Numbered from the stretch's first letter, positions 28,602 through 38,712 are shown. The stretch: DNA of 64,000 nucleotides from an uncultured bacterium (GCA_963772035.1 CAVYVT010000005.1:98189-162188); one strand, 5' to 3'. Numbers and translations are program-made. Notes: a model not told the origin generated them from the letters alone.

Positions 28602-28903
28602 GTATTCGTGTTTTCCTTTCGGCTGCCCGATTGGCAGCGCGTTAGCTTCGATCTTTTGATCAGCGCTTAGGGTACAAGGGCGTTCTGAGCTACGCGGACC
28701 GCAAGCTGAAGATCAAGGGCAGGGCAGTTTGCAGCCCCGAGGAGCCCTTCTACATGACGCACCCGACCGGCGGCAGTATCCCTGCCGGGAGCCAATCATC
28801 GTCGTTCAGCAGCTGCAGTACAGGCCAATTCGGATAGGACAGCTACGAAAACGCCTCGAGCTATACCGGATACACCGTCTGCCGCGGACCGGCGCGCGAC
28901 GCG
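28602..28903 (-). promoter_or_regulatory. Long structured rpsO-pnp intercistronic leader
   Basis: 302 nt with no credible ORF, visibly less GC-rich than the flanks. Several hairpins, for example GCTGCC-AATCG-GGCAGC just before the GAAAGGAAAA RBS and CCGGCAG-GGATA-CTGCCGCCGG. Confidence 0.5.
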
Positions 28904-29173
28904 CTAACGGCGCAGGCCGAGGTCGGCCACTACCTGGCGGTAGCGGTCGAGATCCGAGGTCTGGAGATAGCGAAGGAGGCGGCGGCGCTGGCCGACCAGC
29001 ATGAGGAGGCCGCGGCGCGAGTGGTGGTCCTTCGAGTGCGTGCGCAGGTGCTCGGTGAGCGCGTTGACACGCTCGGTCAGGATCGCGATCTGGACCTCGG
29101 CGGAGCCGGTGTCGTTCTCGGTGCGCCCGAAGCGCTCGATCAGTTCCTTCTTCTTTTCCTGCGTGACGCTCAT
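28904..29173 (-). CDS. rpsO: 30S ribosomal protein S15
   Basis: 89 aa: [45 protein letters not shown]. Confidence 0.95.
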   Translation of the reverse strand: MSVTQEKKKELIERFGRTENDTGSAEVQIAILTERVNALTEHLRTHSKDHHSRRGLLMLVGQRRRLLRYLQTSDLDRYRQVVADLGLRR

Positions 29174-29192
29174 CTGCGGCGGCGAAGGTTAG

Positions 29193-30092
29193 CTAGGCGC
29201 GGGTCTTCGGTCCGCGGAAGTTGGCGCAAAGGTCCCGTGCTTCCTCCACGTCGCGGTGCATCTGGGCGACAAGGTCCTCGACCGAGGGGAACCGCTTCTC
29301 GCCGCGGAGGCGGGCAATGAAGGCAACCCGGAGATTCTTGCCGTAGAGGTCGCCCTCGTAATCGATGAGGTACGGCTCGACCAGAACCCCTCGCCCGGTC
29401 TCGAACATCGGGCGCACTCCCACGTGGATGGCCGCCGGGTGCCCGTCGGCAAAGCCTGCGTAGACACCGTGGCCGGGGCAGACGAGATCGTCGTCGGGAA
29501 CGATGTTCGCGGTCGGAAAGCCGAGCTCGCGCCCGCGCTTGTCGCCCTCGACCACCTCTCCCTCGAGCAGGAACGGAGCGCCCAAGCCGTGCATGGCGTG
29601 CTCGACGTCACCGGCGAGCACGAGCGCCCGGATGCGGGTGGAGGAGATCGTCTCGCCGTCGGCCTCTACCAACGGCACGATCCGGGTCTCGAAATCATCG
29701 CGCTCGGCGAGCATCTCCGGGGTGCCCTTTGCCCTGGCGCCGAAGCGGAAGTTCTCGCCGATGGATACCTGCGTCGCGCCGAGCTTGCCGACGAGGATGT
29801 CGTCGATGAACTCCTCCGCGCTCTTTTGGGAGAACGCCTTGTCGAACGGGATCACGACCAACTCGTCGACGCCGAGGCCTGCAATCACGTCTCGCTTCGC
29901 GTCGAAGCCCATGATGAGCTTCGGCGCAGCCTCTGGGTGGATGATCTTCACGGGGTGAGGCTCGAAGGTAAGGACGGTGTCCGAGCCCTCGATCACCTTG
30001 CGATGGCCGACGTGGACGCCGTCGAACGTGCCGATCGCGACCTTGCGTGACCGCGGCTGCGCGTCCGGGAGCTGTGTGACCTCCATCGTCAT
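29193..30092 (-). CDS. ribF: Bifunctional riboflavin kinase / FMN adenylyltransferase
   Basis: Motif GTFDGVHVGH and C-terminal kinase PTANI..GVYA. ATG at 30092 overlaps the truB stop (ATGA). The track ORF extension is spurious. Confidence 0.9.
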   Translation of the reverse strand: MTMEVTQLPDAQPRSRKVAIGTFDGVHVGHRKVIEGSDTVLTFEPHPVKIIHPEAAPKLIMGFDAKRDVIAGLGVDELVVIPFDKAFSQKSAEEFIDDILVGKLGATQVSIGENFRFGARAKGTPEMLAERDDFETRIVPLVEADGETISSTRIRALVLAGDVEHAMHGLGAPFLLEGEVVEGDKRGRELGFPTANIVPDDDLVCPGHGVYAGFADGHPAAIHVGVRPMFETGRGVLVEPYLIDYEGDLYGKNLRVAFIARLRGEKRFPSVEDLVAQMHRDVEEARDLCANFRGPKTRA

Positions 30093-30781
30093 TCGCCCCC
30101 TACCTTCGCAGCCTCGAATTCGCTGGCGCGCGCGAGCGCCTCGGCAAGCGGCATCTGAGGGGCCTCCGCGGCTTCTGAGACCGAGAACGGGCCGATGCGG
30201 GTACGGCGCAGCTCCTCGCAGTAGGCGTCGCCCAGATCGGCGATCAGGCTGCGCACGTAGGTGCCCGACGAGCACTCGATCTCGTACTCGGCTCGGTCGC
30301 CTTCGCGGCTCAGCTCGTCGAAGCGGTGCACGGTGACGATCCGCGGCGGCATCTCGACCTCCTCCCCCCGTCGCGCCTTCTTGTAGGCGCGCTCGCCGCC
30401 TACCTTCACGGCCGAGTACGCCGGCGGTCGCTGCTGAATCTCGCCCGTGGGCAGCTCGACGTCAGGCGTCGGCACCTTGCCGGTCTTAGTGATCTCGCCG
30501 TCGCGATCGGCGGTCGTGGAGGTCGCCCCGAAGCGCGCGATGACGCGGTAGGTCTTTCGCAGGGCCATGAAGCGCGCCTGCTCGCGAGTCGCCTCTCTGC
30601 CGACCAGGACGATCAGGAGGCCCGTCGCGAAGGGATCCAACGTGCCGGCGTGCCCGACGCGCTTGACGCCATGCTCGCGCCGGGCGCGAGCGACGATGTC
30701 ATGCGAGGTCGGGCCGGACGGCTTGTCGGCGAGCACCACGCGGCCCGTGCCCGCCAGGTCGTCAGTCAAGTTGCTTTGCAA
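30089..30781 (-). CDS. truB: tRNA pseudouridine-55 synthase (short form, no PUA domain)
   Basis: Motifs DKPSGPTSHD, catalytic GHAGTLDPFATGLL and GTYVRSL. The track start is TTG at 30781. GTG at 30739 or 30736 are alternative starts. Confidence 0.85.
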   Translation of the reverse strand: MQSNLTDDLAGTGRVVLADKPSGPTSHDIVARARREHGVKRVGHAGTLDPFATGLLIVLVGREATREQARFMALRKTYRVIARFGATSTTADRDGEITKTGKVPTPDVELPTGEIQQRPPAYSAVKVGGERAYKKARRGEEVEMPPRIVTVHRFDELSREGDRAEYEIECSSGTYVRSLIADLGDAYCEELRRTRIGPFSVSEAAEAPQMPLAEALARASEFEAAKVGGE

Positions 30782-31763
30782 CCTCTGCCCGGACGAACTC
30801 GACGATCTCCGGGTAGGGCATGTCCGTGCCGAAGCCGGCGGCGCGCTTGTGCCCTCCCCCGCCCTGCGCGCGGGCGATCACGGAGACGTCCACGGCGCCG
30901 TCGGAGGAGCGCAGGCTGACCTTGCGGGCGACGCGGCCTCCATCGGGCTTGTCGCGAATGACGCCCGCGACGATCGTCCTGTCCAACGCACGGACGTTGT
31001 CGATGATGCCTTCCGTCAGGTGCTCCGACGCGCCGGTCGCCTCGTAGTCGGCCTTGGAGACGTATGTGAGGGCGAGCCGGTCGGAATCGAAGCGGTCGAT
31101 GTTCTCGATCGCGCGCGCGACCAGCTTCGCCTTCTCGATCGGCACCCGCTCGTACAGACGGCGGTAGATCTCGTCGACGTTGACGCCCGCCTCGATGAGC
31201 TCGGCCGCCATGCGGTGCGAGTCCGGGTCCGTGTTCTCGTACATGAACTTGCCGGTGTCGGTGATCAGGCCGACGTAGAGGGCGGTCGCAATCTCCTCGG
31301 TCAGCTCCGCGCCGACGACTTTCGCCAAGCGCCAGACGATCTCGGCGGTGGACGAGGCGTTCATGTCCACGTGGTTTACGCCGCCGAACATCGTGTTGTC
31401 GTGATGGTGGTCGAGGTTGATGATGTCCGTGCCCTCGCGCTGGAGGAAGTCGACCGGCATGCGGTCGATGTTTCCGCAGTCGAGGAAGAGCAGCGTGCGG
31501 TCCTCGACGTCGGCGGGCGCTTCGTGGAAGACGTCGGTGAGGGGCAGGAAGCGATACTCGAGCGGCAGCGGGAACTCCTTGGCGTCCAGGAACATCACTG
31601 CGTCCTTGCCGAGCTGGCCCAGGATGCGGTGGGTCGCCAAGAGGGAGCCGAGCGCATCTCCGTCAGGCCCCTCGTGCGTGGTGAGCAGGAAGCGGTCGCG
31701 CTGGGCGATCGCATCCGCAACCTCTTCGAGGCTCGTGCTGGTCTTCTCGGCCTGGGCGCTCAT
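30762..31763 (-). CDS. nrnA: DHH/DHHA1 bifunctional oligoribonuclease / pAp phosphatase
   Basis: Motifs HEGPDGDALGS, LDHHHDN and GGGHKRAAG. ATGA overlap with the rbfA stop. Confidence 0.8.
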   Translation of the reverse strand: MSAQAEKTSTSLEEVADAIAQRDRFLLTTHEGPDGDALGSLLATHRILGQLGKDAVMFLDAKEFPLPLEYRFLPLTDVFHEAPADVEDRTLLFLDCGNIDRMPVDFLQREGTDIINLDHHHDNTMFGGVNHVDMNASSTAEIVWRLAKVVGAELTEEIATALYVGLITDTGKFMYENTDPDSHRMAAELIEAGVNVDEIYRRLYERVPIEKAKLVARAIENIDRFDSDRLALTYVSKADYEATGASEHLTEGIIDNVRALDRTIVAGVIRDKPDGGRVARKVSLRSSDGAVDVSVIARAQGGGGHKRAAGFGTDMPYPEIVEFVRAEVAKQLD

Positions 31764-32092
31764 TCGCCGAGGAGCCTCTGGATGCGCTCGCTCTGCTCGG
31801 GCGTGTCGTCGTAGTGGAAAGTCAAGGTCGGCGTGCGCTTCATATGGGTCTGCGAGGCGATCGCCGATTGGAGCACTCCATGGGCGGAAGCAAGCGCCTT
31901 GAGCGTCGAGTCCTTCTCCTCCTCGGATCCGAGCACGGAGACGAACACTCTCGCGGAGCGCAGGTCAGGGCTTGTCTCGACGGCAGTAATGGTCACGAAT
32001 CCGATCCTAGGATCCTCGAGCTCGGTCGAGATCGACTCTCCGAGCACCTCGCGAATCACGCCGTTGACACGTCTCATCCGGTCCGTGGCCAT
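31760..32092 (-). CDS. rbfA: Ribosome-binding factor A
   Basis: Start at ATG 32092 gives MATDRMRRVNGVIREVLGESI..DPRIGFVTITAVETSPDLRSARVFVS. The track extension overlaps infB. Confidence 0.85.
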   Translation of the reverse strand: MATDRMRRVNGVIREVLGESISTELEDPRIGFVTITAVETSPDLRSARVFVSVLGSEEEKDSTLKALASAHGVLQSAIASQTHMKRTPTLTFHYDDTPEQSERIQRLLGE

Positions 32093-32133
32093 GGCCCGCT
32101 GAGCATATAGACGGGCGTCCGGCGACCTGCCCG

Positions 32134-34398
32134 CTACGAGTCGAGCGTCTGCTCGACCTGGCGCGTTGAGAAGACCTCGAGGACATCCTCGACCTTCACG
32201 TCGGCGAAGCCCTCGAGCACGATGCCGCACTCCTGGCCCTCCGGAACCTCCTGGACGTCGTCCTGGAAGCGCCGAAGCGAGCCGATCCGCCCGGTCCAAG
32301 CGACCGTTCCGTCGCGGATGAGCCGGACGTCGGCGCCGCGGCGGACAATGCCGTCGGTGACCTCGCAGCCGGCGATCATGCCGACCTTCGACGCACGGAA
32401 TGTCTGCTTGACCTCCGCCTGGCCGAGGATGTCCTCGACCTCGACCGAGTCGAGCATGCCCTCCATCGCCGCACGGAGCTCCTCGGTCACCTTGTAGATG
32501 ACGGAGTAGGAGCGGATCTCGACGCCCTCCGACTCGGCGGCACGGCGCGCGTCGGCGAGCGGGCGGACGTTGAAGCCGATGATGATCGCATCAGAAGCCG
32601 AGGCGAGCATGACGTCGGACTCGTTGATGCCACCCGCGGCAGCGCGGATGATGTTGATGCGCACCTGTTCCTGGGGAACCTTGGCGAGCTCGTCAGTGAG
32701 CGCTTCCAGCGAGCCCGACACATCGGCCTTGAGGACGATGTTGAGCTCCTTGATGACGCCTTCCTGCGCCTTGGCGAAGACCTCGTCGAGGGTGAGCTTT
32801 CGGGTGCCGCGGCGGGCGATCGCCTCAGTCTTCAGGCGGTGTGCGCGCTCTCCGGCGAGCTGGCGTGCGCGGCGGTCGTTGTCGACGACCTCGACCCTCT
32901 CTCCCGCCTCGCAGACACCGTCGAACCCGAGCACCTCGACCGGATCGCCGGGGCCGGCGGTCTCGACGCGCTCGCCGGTGTGGCTGAGCATCGCCCGGAC
33001 CTTGCCCCACTGCGCTCCTGCGACGACCGAATCACCGATTTTGAGCGTGCCGCGCTGGACGAGAAGCGTGACGACGGGACCGCGGCCCGGATCCAGGTGC
33101 GACTCGATCACGGAGCCGGATGCCTCGGCGGCGGGGTTCGCGCGGAGCTCCTCGACCTCCGCGACCAGAAGGATGCTCTCGAGGAGCTCGTCGAGGCCGG
33201 TCTTGGCCTTCGCGGAGACGTTGTTGAAGATCGTGTCGCCGCCCCAATCCTCGGGTTGAAGGTCGAGGTTGGCCAGCTCACCCTTGACCTTGTCGATGTT
33301 CGCGGCCTCGAGGTCGATCTTGTTCACGGCGACGATGATCGGCACATCGGCGGCGCGCGCGTGGTCGATTGCCTCAACGGTCTGCGGCATCACGCCGTCG
33401 TCCGCTGCGACGACCACGACAACGATGTCGGTGACGTCAGCGCCGCGGGCACGCATGGCGGTGAACGCCGCGTGACCGGGCGTGTCGATGAATGAGATCG
33501 TCTTCTCGCCCGAATGCACCTGGTAAGCACCGATGTGCTGGGTGATGCCCCCGGCCTCTCCGGCGACGACCTCGGTCTGGCGGATCGCGTCGAGAAGCGA
33601 AGTCTTTCCGTGGTCGACGTGACCCATGATCGTCACGACCGGCGGGCGCTCCTGAAGGTCCGAGTCGTCGTCTTCAAAGACGATCTCCTCGGCCTCTTCC
33701 TCTGCGGCGGAGACCATCTCGACCTTGCGATCGAGAGCTTCGGCGACCACGATCACGGTGTCGTCGGGAAGGGTCTGCGTGAGCGTCGCCATCTCGCCCA
33801 TCGTCATGAGCGTCTTGATGACCTCGGCGCTGGAGAGTCCCAGCGTCTCAGCGACTTCCTTGACGGTTGCCCCTGACGGGATCTTGATGACGGGCGTCTC
33901 GGTCTCGACCGGCGCCGCTACGGGTGGCTCTTCGAGCAAGGGGCGCCTGCGGCGGCCACCGCGGCGGCGCGGCGGGCGCTGAGGCGGCGGCGGGCCCATC
34001 GAATCGCGGCGCGAAGCCTGTGAGTCGATAACCACGCGGCGACGCTTGCCTCCTGCCGCGCCGGCAGCTGAAGCAGCGCCATCGCCGGCCGGGCGGACTG
34101 GGCGAACGGGCTTGGCGGCGTCGCCGGCGGGAGCCGCGGCGGGCTTGGCCTCATCCTTGGGAGGCGTTTCGGCCTTGGGTGCTTCCTCCGCCTTCGGCGC
34201 GGCTTCGGCCTTCGCGGGTGCTGCGGGCTTTTCAGCGGCAGGTGCGGAACCACCGTCGAGGGCCTTCGCGGCGACGTCTTCTTCGACACTCGAAGCGGCG
34301 GCCTTCACCTCGACCCCCGCGGCCTGAAGCTTCGCGATGACCTCCTTAGAGGTGAGCCCGCGCTCCTTGGCAATCTCGTGAACCCGCTTCTTGGCCAT
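32134..34398 (-). CDS. infB: Translation initiation factor IF-2
   Basis: G-domain motifs [17 protein letters not shown] and NKID, with an Ala/Pro/Lys-rich N-terminus. The start overlaps the nusA stop (TGATG). Confidence 0.95.
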   Translation of the reverse strand: MAKKRVHEIAKERGLTSKEVIAKLQAAGVEVKAAASSVEEDVAAKALDGGSAPAAEKPAAPAKAEAAPKAEEAPKAETPPKDEAKPAAAPAGDAAKPVRPVRPAGDGAASAAGAAGGKRRRVVIDSQASRRDSMGPPPPQRPPRRRGGRRRRPLLEEPPVAAPVETETPVIKIPSGATVKEVAETLGLSSAEVIKTLMTMGEMATLTQTLPDDTVIVVAEALDRKVEMVSAAEEEAEEIVFEDDDSDLQERPPVVTIMGHVDHGKTSLLDAIRQTEVVAGEAGGITQHIGAYQVHSGEKTISFIDTPGHAAFTAMRARGADVTDIVVVVVAADDGVMPQTVEAIDHARAADVPIIVAVNKIDLEAANIDKVKGELANLDLQPEDWGGDTIFNNVSAKAKTGLDELLESILLVAEVEELRANPAAEASGSVIESHLDPGRGPVVTLLVQRGTLKIGDSVVAGAQWGKVRAMLSHTGERVETAGPGDPVEVLGFDGVCEAGERVEVVDNDRRARQLAGERAHRLKTEAIARRGTRKLTLDEVFAKAQEGVIKELNIVLKADVSGSLEALTDELAKVPQEQVRINIIRAAAGGINESDVMLASASDAIIIGFNVRPLADARRAAESEGVEIRSYSVIYKVTEELRAAMEGMLDSVEVEDILGQAEVKQTFRASKVGMIAGCEVTDGIVRRGADVRLIRDGTVAWTGRIGSLRRFQDDVQEVPEGQECGIVLEGFADVKVEDVLEVFSTRQVEQTLDS

Positions 34399-36038
34399 CA
34401 GCTGGGTGGGTTCTCCTCGGACTCGTCATCAGCGGGCTCGTCGGCCGCCGCTTCTTCAACGGCTTCCTCCGAACCGGGCGCCTCGGCGATCTCGGCTTCA
34501 ACGGCTTCGCCGGAGGCCTCTTCGACCTCCTCGACGCCTTCTGGCACGTCATCTGCGGCTTCCTCCTCGGCGGGAGGCTCGACCTCGCCGGGCTGCGGCG
34601 AGTCTTCGGACGGAGCGGCCTCGTCCCCCCGTGCCTCGGCGCCGTCGACCTGTCCTTCGTCGACCTCTGTGTCGTCTGAGAAAGCGGCTTCGGCCTTCGC
34701 CACGATCTCGGCGACAGCGGCGTCATCGGCATCCGGGTCGGCGAGCACCTGCACCTCGTCGTCGGTGATCGCCTCGAGCACCCCAACCTTGTTCGTGCCG
34801 AAGCGGGTCAGCGCCTGGTGCTGCGGCAGGCCGCAGTAGCGCGAGCCGGCAAGCGACGCGTTCGGGCAGCGGCGGCCGGTCGAAGTGATGGCGGCGCAAC
34901 GGCCGTCGTCGGCCTCGCCCTCGCCCTCGATGTCGCCGGTGTCCTCCTGGGAGAAGTCGGTCTCGGACTTGATGTCGACCTTCCAGCCGGTCAGCTTCGC
35001 GGCAAGGCGCGCGTTCTGGCCCTCGCGGCCGATCGCGAGCGAGAGCTGATCGTCGGGGACGATCACGGTCGCTTCCTTGGTCTCGTCGTCGACGATGACC
35101 TCGCGGACACGAGCCGGCGACAGAGCCTTGGCGACGAACCGGGCGGGCTCGTCGTTGTGGGGAATGATGTCGATCTTCTCGCCGCGCAACTCTGAGACGA
35201 CCATGCGGACGCGCGAGCCTCGCGGCCCGACGCATGCGCCGACCGGATCGACTCCGTCCGCGTGGGAGATCACGGCGATCTTCGAGCGGAAGCCGGGCTC
35301 GCGGGCGACGCCCACGATCTCGACGAGGTCGTCGGCGATCTCGGGCACCTCCAGCTCGAACAGCTCCTTGATGAGCTCCGGGCTGCGGCGCGAGACGACG
35401 ATCGAGGGCCCCTTGCCCTCGGCCGAGACGTCCGTGATGACCGCCTTGACGCGCATGCCGTGGTCGTAGCGCTCGTTCCACACCTGCTCGGAGCGCGGAA
35501 GCAGAGCCTCGACGCGCTCACGGAGCTGGACCAGCGTGTATCGGTTGTCCGACTGCTGGATGATCCCGGTGACGAGTTCGCCGACGCGGTCCTGGTACTC
35601 GTCGAACATCATCTGGCGCTCCGCCTCGCGGACGCGCTGGAGGATCACCTGCTTCGCGGTCTGGGCGGCGATGCGCCCGAAGTCGTCGGGGGTCACGTCG
35701 CGCGACTTGATCTGATCCTCGTAAGGGGCGAGAACTGCCGGGTCCAGCTCGGGCTCCTCCGGCTCGCGCATCTCTCCCGTCTCGGGGTCGATCGTGGGCT
35801 CCTGCTCCTCGGCCACCTCGGCCAGGAGCTTCTCTTCGAGCTCCGGCGGCAGGATGAGCTCGAAGACCCGGAAGTCCGCGGTGTCGCGGTCCAGGTCGAC
35901 CCGCGCGTAGCGTGCGGAACCGGGGCTCTTGCGGTACGCCGAGAGGAGTGCGTCCTCCAGTGCGGCCATGAGTGTCTCGGAGTCGATGCCCTTCTCGGCA
36001 CCGAGCTCCCTGATCGCGTCAACGAGCTCGCGGCTCAC
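34398..36038 (-). CDS. nusA: Transcription termination/antitermination factor NusA with long Cys-containing acidic C-terminal extension
   Basis: N-terminal domain, S1 and two KH domains (GPRGSRVRMVVSELRGEKIDII, AIGREGQNARLAAKLTGWKVDI), then about 190 extra residues. GTG start overlaps the rimP stop (GTGA). Confidence 0.9.
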   Translation of the reverse strand: MSRELVDAIRELGAEKGIDSETLMAALEDALLSAYRKSPGSARYARVDLDRDTADFRVFELILPPELEEKLLAEVAEEQEPTIDPETGEMREPEEPELDPAVLAPYEDQIKSRDVTPDDFGRIAAQTAKQVILQRVREAERQMMFDEYQDRVGELVTGIIQQSDNRYTLVQLRERVEALLPRSEQVWNERYDHGMRVKAVITDVSAEGKGPSIVVSRRSPELIKELFELEVPEIADDLVEIVGVAREPGFRSKIAVISHADGVDPVGACVGPRGSRVRMVVSELRGEKIDIIPHNDEPARFVAKALSPARVREVIVDDETKEATVIVPDDQLSLAIGREGQNARLAAKLTGWKVDIKSETDFSQEDTGDIEGEGEADDGRCAAITSTGRRCPNASLAGSRYCGLPQHQALTRFGTNKVGVLEAITDDEVQVLADPDADDAAVAEIVAKAEAAFSDDTEVDEGQVDGAEARGDEAAPSEDSPQPGEVEPPAEEEAADDVPEGVEEVEEASGEAVEAEIAEAPGSEEAVEEAAADEPADDESEENPPS

Positions 36039-36484
36039 GATTCACCTCCAAGTTTCAGGTCGCCAATCAAATTCGACCGTTCGACGCCATCGAACGGGAT
36101 GCGGACAAGGGTCCCCCCTGTTGCCGCGACGGTGACGGTGTCGTCATCCGCATCGGCCAGCGTCCCTTTGAAGTTGCGTTGCCCCTCGATCGCATCTCGG
36201 GTCTTGACCCGAACCTTGCGCCCGAGAAAGCGCCGAAAGTGCTCGGGCTTCGTCAGCGGTCGGTCGATGCCGGGCGAGGAAACCTCAAGCGAGTACTGCT
36301 CGTTGAGGAAGCGGAGCTCCTTTGTGACCGCTTCACAAAGGGCGAGATCGACGCCTCCGGGCCGGTCGATGAAGACGCGAACGGTGCCGGCGGACGGCCG
36401 CTCGAGCGCGACCAGCTCGAGATCGGAGTCGAATGCCTCCAGGCGCTCCTCGATCGTTTCGCTCAGCTTGTCTTGCGTACCCAT
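36035..36484 (-). CDS. rimP: Ribosome maturation factor RimP
   Basis: 149 aa with LEVSSPGIDRPL motif, in the conserved rimP-nusA-infB order. Confidence 0.85.
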   Translation of the reverse strand: MGTQDKLSETIEERLEAFDSDLELVALERPSAGTVRVFIDRPGGVDLALCEAVTKELRFLNEQYSLEVSSPGIDRPLTKPEHFRRFLGRKVRVKTRDAIEGQRNFKGTLADADDDTVTVAATGGTLVRIPFDGVERSNLIGDLKLGGES

Positions 36485-36530
36485 CTGTCTCTCTCGTTGG
36501 TTTTCGGCCTCTCCGTAACCCGGTTCAGGC

Positions 36531-36559
36531 CAAAAAATAAGGTGGGCCCGGGCCCACCT
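36531..36559 (-). terminator. Intrinsic terminator after dtd
   Basis: 20-nt perfect palindrome AGGTGGGCCCGGGCCCACCT, followed on the minus strand by TTATTTTTTG. Confidence 0.8.
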
Positions 36560-36638
36560 CGACAGGGTTCGGGTACGTAAGAGGTGCGACGAGTATAGCC
36601 GCGCTCAGCCAGGCGAGACGCCTGATTTGCAGCGCGGT

Positions 36639-37055
36639 TTATGCCTCCAGAAGGAGCGTGACGGGCCCGTCGTTGACGAGCTCGACGGCCATGCGCGCCC
36701 CGAAGACACCGCCCTTCGCGCCGAGCCGTTCGCGGAATCGTTCGTAGAGCGGCTCCGCCACCTCGGGCCTCGCCGCGCCCATGTAGCTGGGGCGGTTGCC
36801 CTTCTTGGTGTCGGCGAGCAAGGTGAACTGGCTCACGCACAGAACCTCGCGCTCTGAAAGCGGCTCATTCATCCGCCCGTCCGAGTCCTCGAAGATGCGC
36901 AACGCGCGCACCTTGTCGGCGAGGCGGTCGGCCTGATCCGGCTCGTCCCCGTCGGCGATGCCAAGGAGAACGAGGAGGCCAGGCCCGATCGCGGAGACCT
37001 CTTCGGACTCGACCGTGACGCGTGCGCTCGACACACGCTGGACCAGAGCTCTCAC
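36639..37055 (-). CDS. dtd: D-aminoacyl-tRNA deacylase
   Basis: 138 aa: [32 protein letters not shown]. Confidence 0.9.
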   Translation of the reverse strand: MRALVQRVSSARVTVESEEVSAIGPGLLVLLGIADGDEPDQADRLADKVRALRIFEDSDGRMNEPLSEREVLCVSQFTLLADTKKGNRPSYMGAARPEVAEPLYERFRERLGAKGGVFGARMAVELVNDGPVTLLLEA

Positions 37056-37070
37056 GGGAGCTGCGACTGC

Positions 37071-37436
37071 CTACGCGGCGCGCCGGGCGCGGTCGCGGTA
37101 GAGGCGATAGTCCCGGCGCTGAGGCTGAAGGTTGGAGGCGAGCGCGAGGTGATGGCGCGCCCGCTTCAGATCGCCCACCATCGTCAGTGCGCGGCCGAGG
37201 CAAAAGTGCGCGAAGTCGTTGACCGGAGCCGATTCGACAACGGCCTCGAACTCGGTTGCGGCCTCGGAGAACTGGCGGTTCCGGAAGTAGGCGCGGCCCA
37301 GCGCCTCGCGCACCGACGTCTTCTCGGGGGCACGGCGCGCGGCTTCCGCCAGCGGCGTCGTGGCTTCGGCATACGAGCCGTCCTCGAGCAACTCCATCCC
37401 CTTGCGATAGAGCGTGTAAGTGGAGTCTCTAGTCAC
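37071..37436 (-). CDS. Small TPR-repeat protein
   Basis: 121 aa with three TPR-like helical hairpins (ALGRAYFRNRQFSEAATEFEAVV; CLGRALTMVGDLKRARHHL). 8-nt overlap with the coaBC stop region. Confidence 0.6.
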   Translation of the reverse strand: MTRDSTYTLYRKGMELLEDGSYAEATTPLAEAARRAPEKTSVREALGRAYFRNRQFSEAATEFEAVVESAPVNDFAHFCLGRALTMVGDLKRARHHLALASNLQPQRRDYRLYRDRARRAA

Positions 37437-38676
37437 TCTTCGATTGTACGAGCGAGCGCAAGCTCGAGACCTCGTCCAGCACGGCGTCCGCGACCTCTTC
37501 CTTGGTGCTCTCAGGCACCGCGCGCTCGCCGCTTTTCGTCACGATCGTGACCTCGTTGCGGGGCGAGTCGAAACCGATCTCCGGGCGCGAGATGTCGTTG
37601 AAGACGATTGCGTCCAAGCCCTTGCGCTGGAGCTTTTCCCGAGCCCTCGAAATGGCATCGGCGCCGTGCTCGGCGGCAAAGCCCACCAGGGTCTGCTCGG
37701 GCCGGCGGCCCTTTGCCAGGGAAGCGACCACGTCCTCGGTCTCAGTCAGGCGCAACTCCATCCCTCCGCTGCCTTCGCGAGTGATCTTGCCCTCGGCGGC
37801 CTCGGGGCGGAAGTCGGCGACCGCGGCCGCCATGAGAAGCACGTCGGTCTCGGCGAAGGCGGCCCTACCGGCCGCGGCCAGCTCCGCGGCGCTCTCGACT
37901 CGAACCACTTCGATCTGGGGCTCGATCGGCAGCGAAACGTTCGCCGCGATCAGGGTGGTGCGCGCGCCGCGGGCGGCCGCGGCTTCGGCCAGCGCGATGC
38001 CCATGCGCCCGCTCGAGCGGTTGCCGATGAAGCGAACCGAGTCGATCGCCTCGCGGGTGCCGCCGGCGGTGACCAGCACGCGAAGCCCATCCCACGGGCC
38101 GGTGGGCCCGGGCATGGCCGCCTCGACCCTGGCGAGCAACGCCTCCGGCTGAGGCAGCCTGCCGGTGCCGTGCTCACCGCGCGAGGCGAGCGGCCCCTCG
38201 TCCGGCTCGATTACCTCCACGCCGTGCTCGCGAAGGAGCGCAAGGTTCCGCTGGGTCGCGGCGTCGCGGTACATGCGGTCGTTCATCGCAGGGGCAACGA
38301 GCCGCGGCGCATCGCACGCGAGGAACGAGGTCGTGAGCATCGAGTCCGCCACTCCCGCGGCGAGCTTCGAAATCGTGTTCGCGGACGCCGGGGCGACCAG
38401 GAACGCGTCGCATCCTTCCGCCAGCGCCAGGTGGCCGATCGGGTCGTGCGTGGGAGAGTCCTCGGCCGGCCAACCGCCGCGCATGGGGTCGCGGTCCCAC
38501 TCGGAGATGAGCACGGGAGCGCCGACGATCCCCTCGAACGAAGCCGTGCCGACGAAGCGGGTCGCGGCCTCGGTCATCACCACGCGGACGGCGTGGCCGC
38601 TCTTGGTCGCGAGGCGCGCGAGCTCAAGGGCGCGATACGCGGCGATGCCGCCGGTTACACCGAGCAGGATGCGCAT
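37429..38676 (-). CDS. coaBC: Bifunctional phosphopantothenoylcysteine decarboxylase / synthetase
   Basis: 415 aa with GVTGGIAAYRALELAR, PAMNDRM and C-terminal CoaB motifs (ITAGGTRE-like VTAGGTREAID, GFAAE). Confidence 0.9.
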   Translation of the reverse strand: MRILLGVTGGIAAYRALELARLATKSGHAVRVVMTEAATRFVGTASFEGIVGAPVLISEWDRDPMRGGWPAEDSPTHDPIGHLALAEGCDAFLVAPASANTISKLAAGVADSMLTTSFLACDAPRLVAPAMNDRMYRDAATQRNLALLREHGVEVIEPDEGPLASRGEHGTGRLPQPEALLARVEAAMPGPTGPWDGLRVLVTAGGTREAIDSVRFIGNRSSGRMGIALAEAAAARGARTTLIAANVSLPIEPQIEVVRVESAAELAAAGRAAFAETDVLLMAAAVADFRPEAAEGKITREGSGGMELRLTETEDVVASLAKGRRPEQTLVGFAAEHGADAISRAREKLQRKGLDAIVFNDISRPEIGFDSPRNEVTIVTKSGERAVPESTKEEVADAVLDEVSSLRSLVQSKSD

Positions 38677-38712
38677 ACAAGGATGGTGCCAGCCCGCGGC
38701 TGGCGGGGCGGC

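Noticed and set aside
28679-28702. tRNA-like GCGGUCCGCGUAGCUCAGAACGCC segment in the pnp leader
   Set aside because: Only the D-arm-like GUAGCUCAG string matches. No anticodon arm, T-arm or acceptor pairing could be drawn.
28713-28799. 28-codon Cys-rich ORF (MIGSRQGYCRRSGASCRRAPRGCKLPCP) in the pnp leader
   Set aside because: It has no SD, the composition is typical of random GC-rich translation, and the region is better explained as structured RNA.
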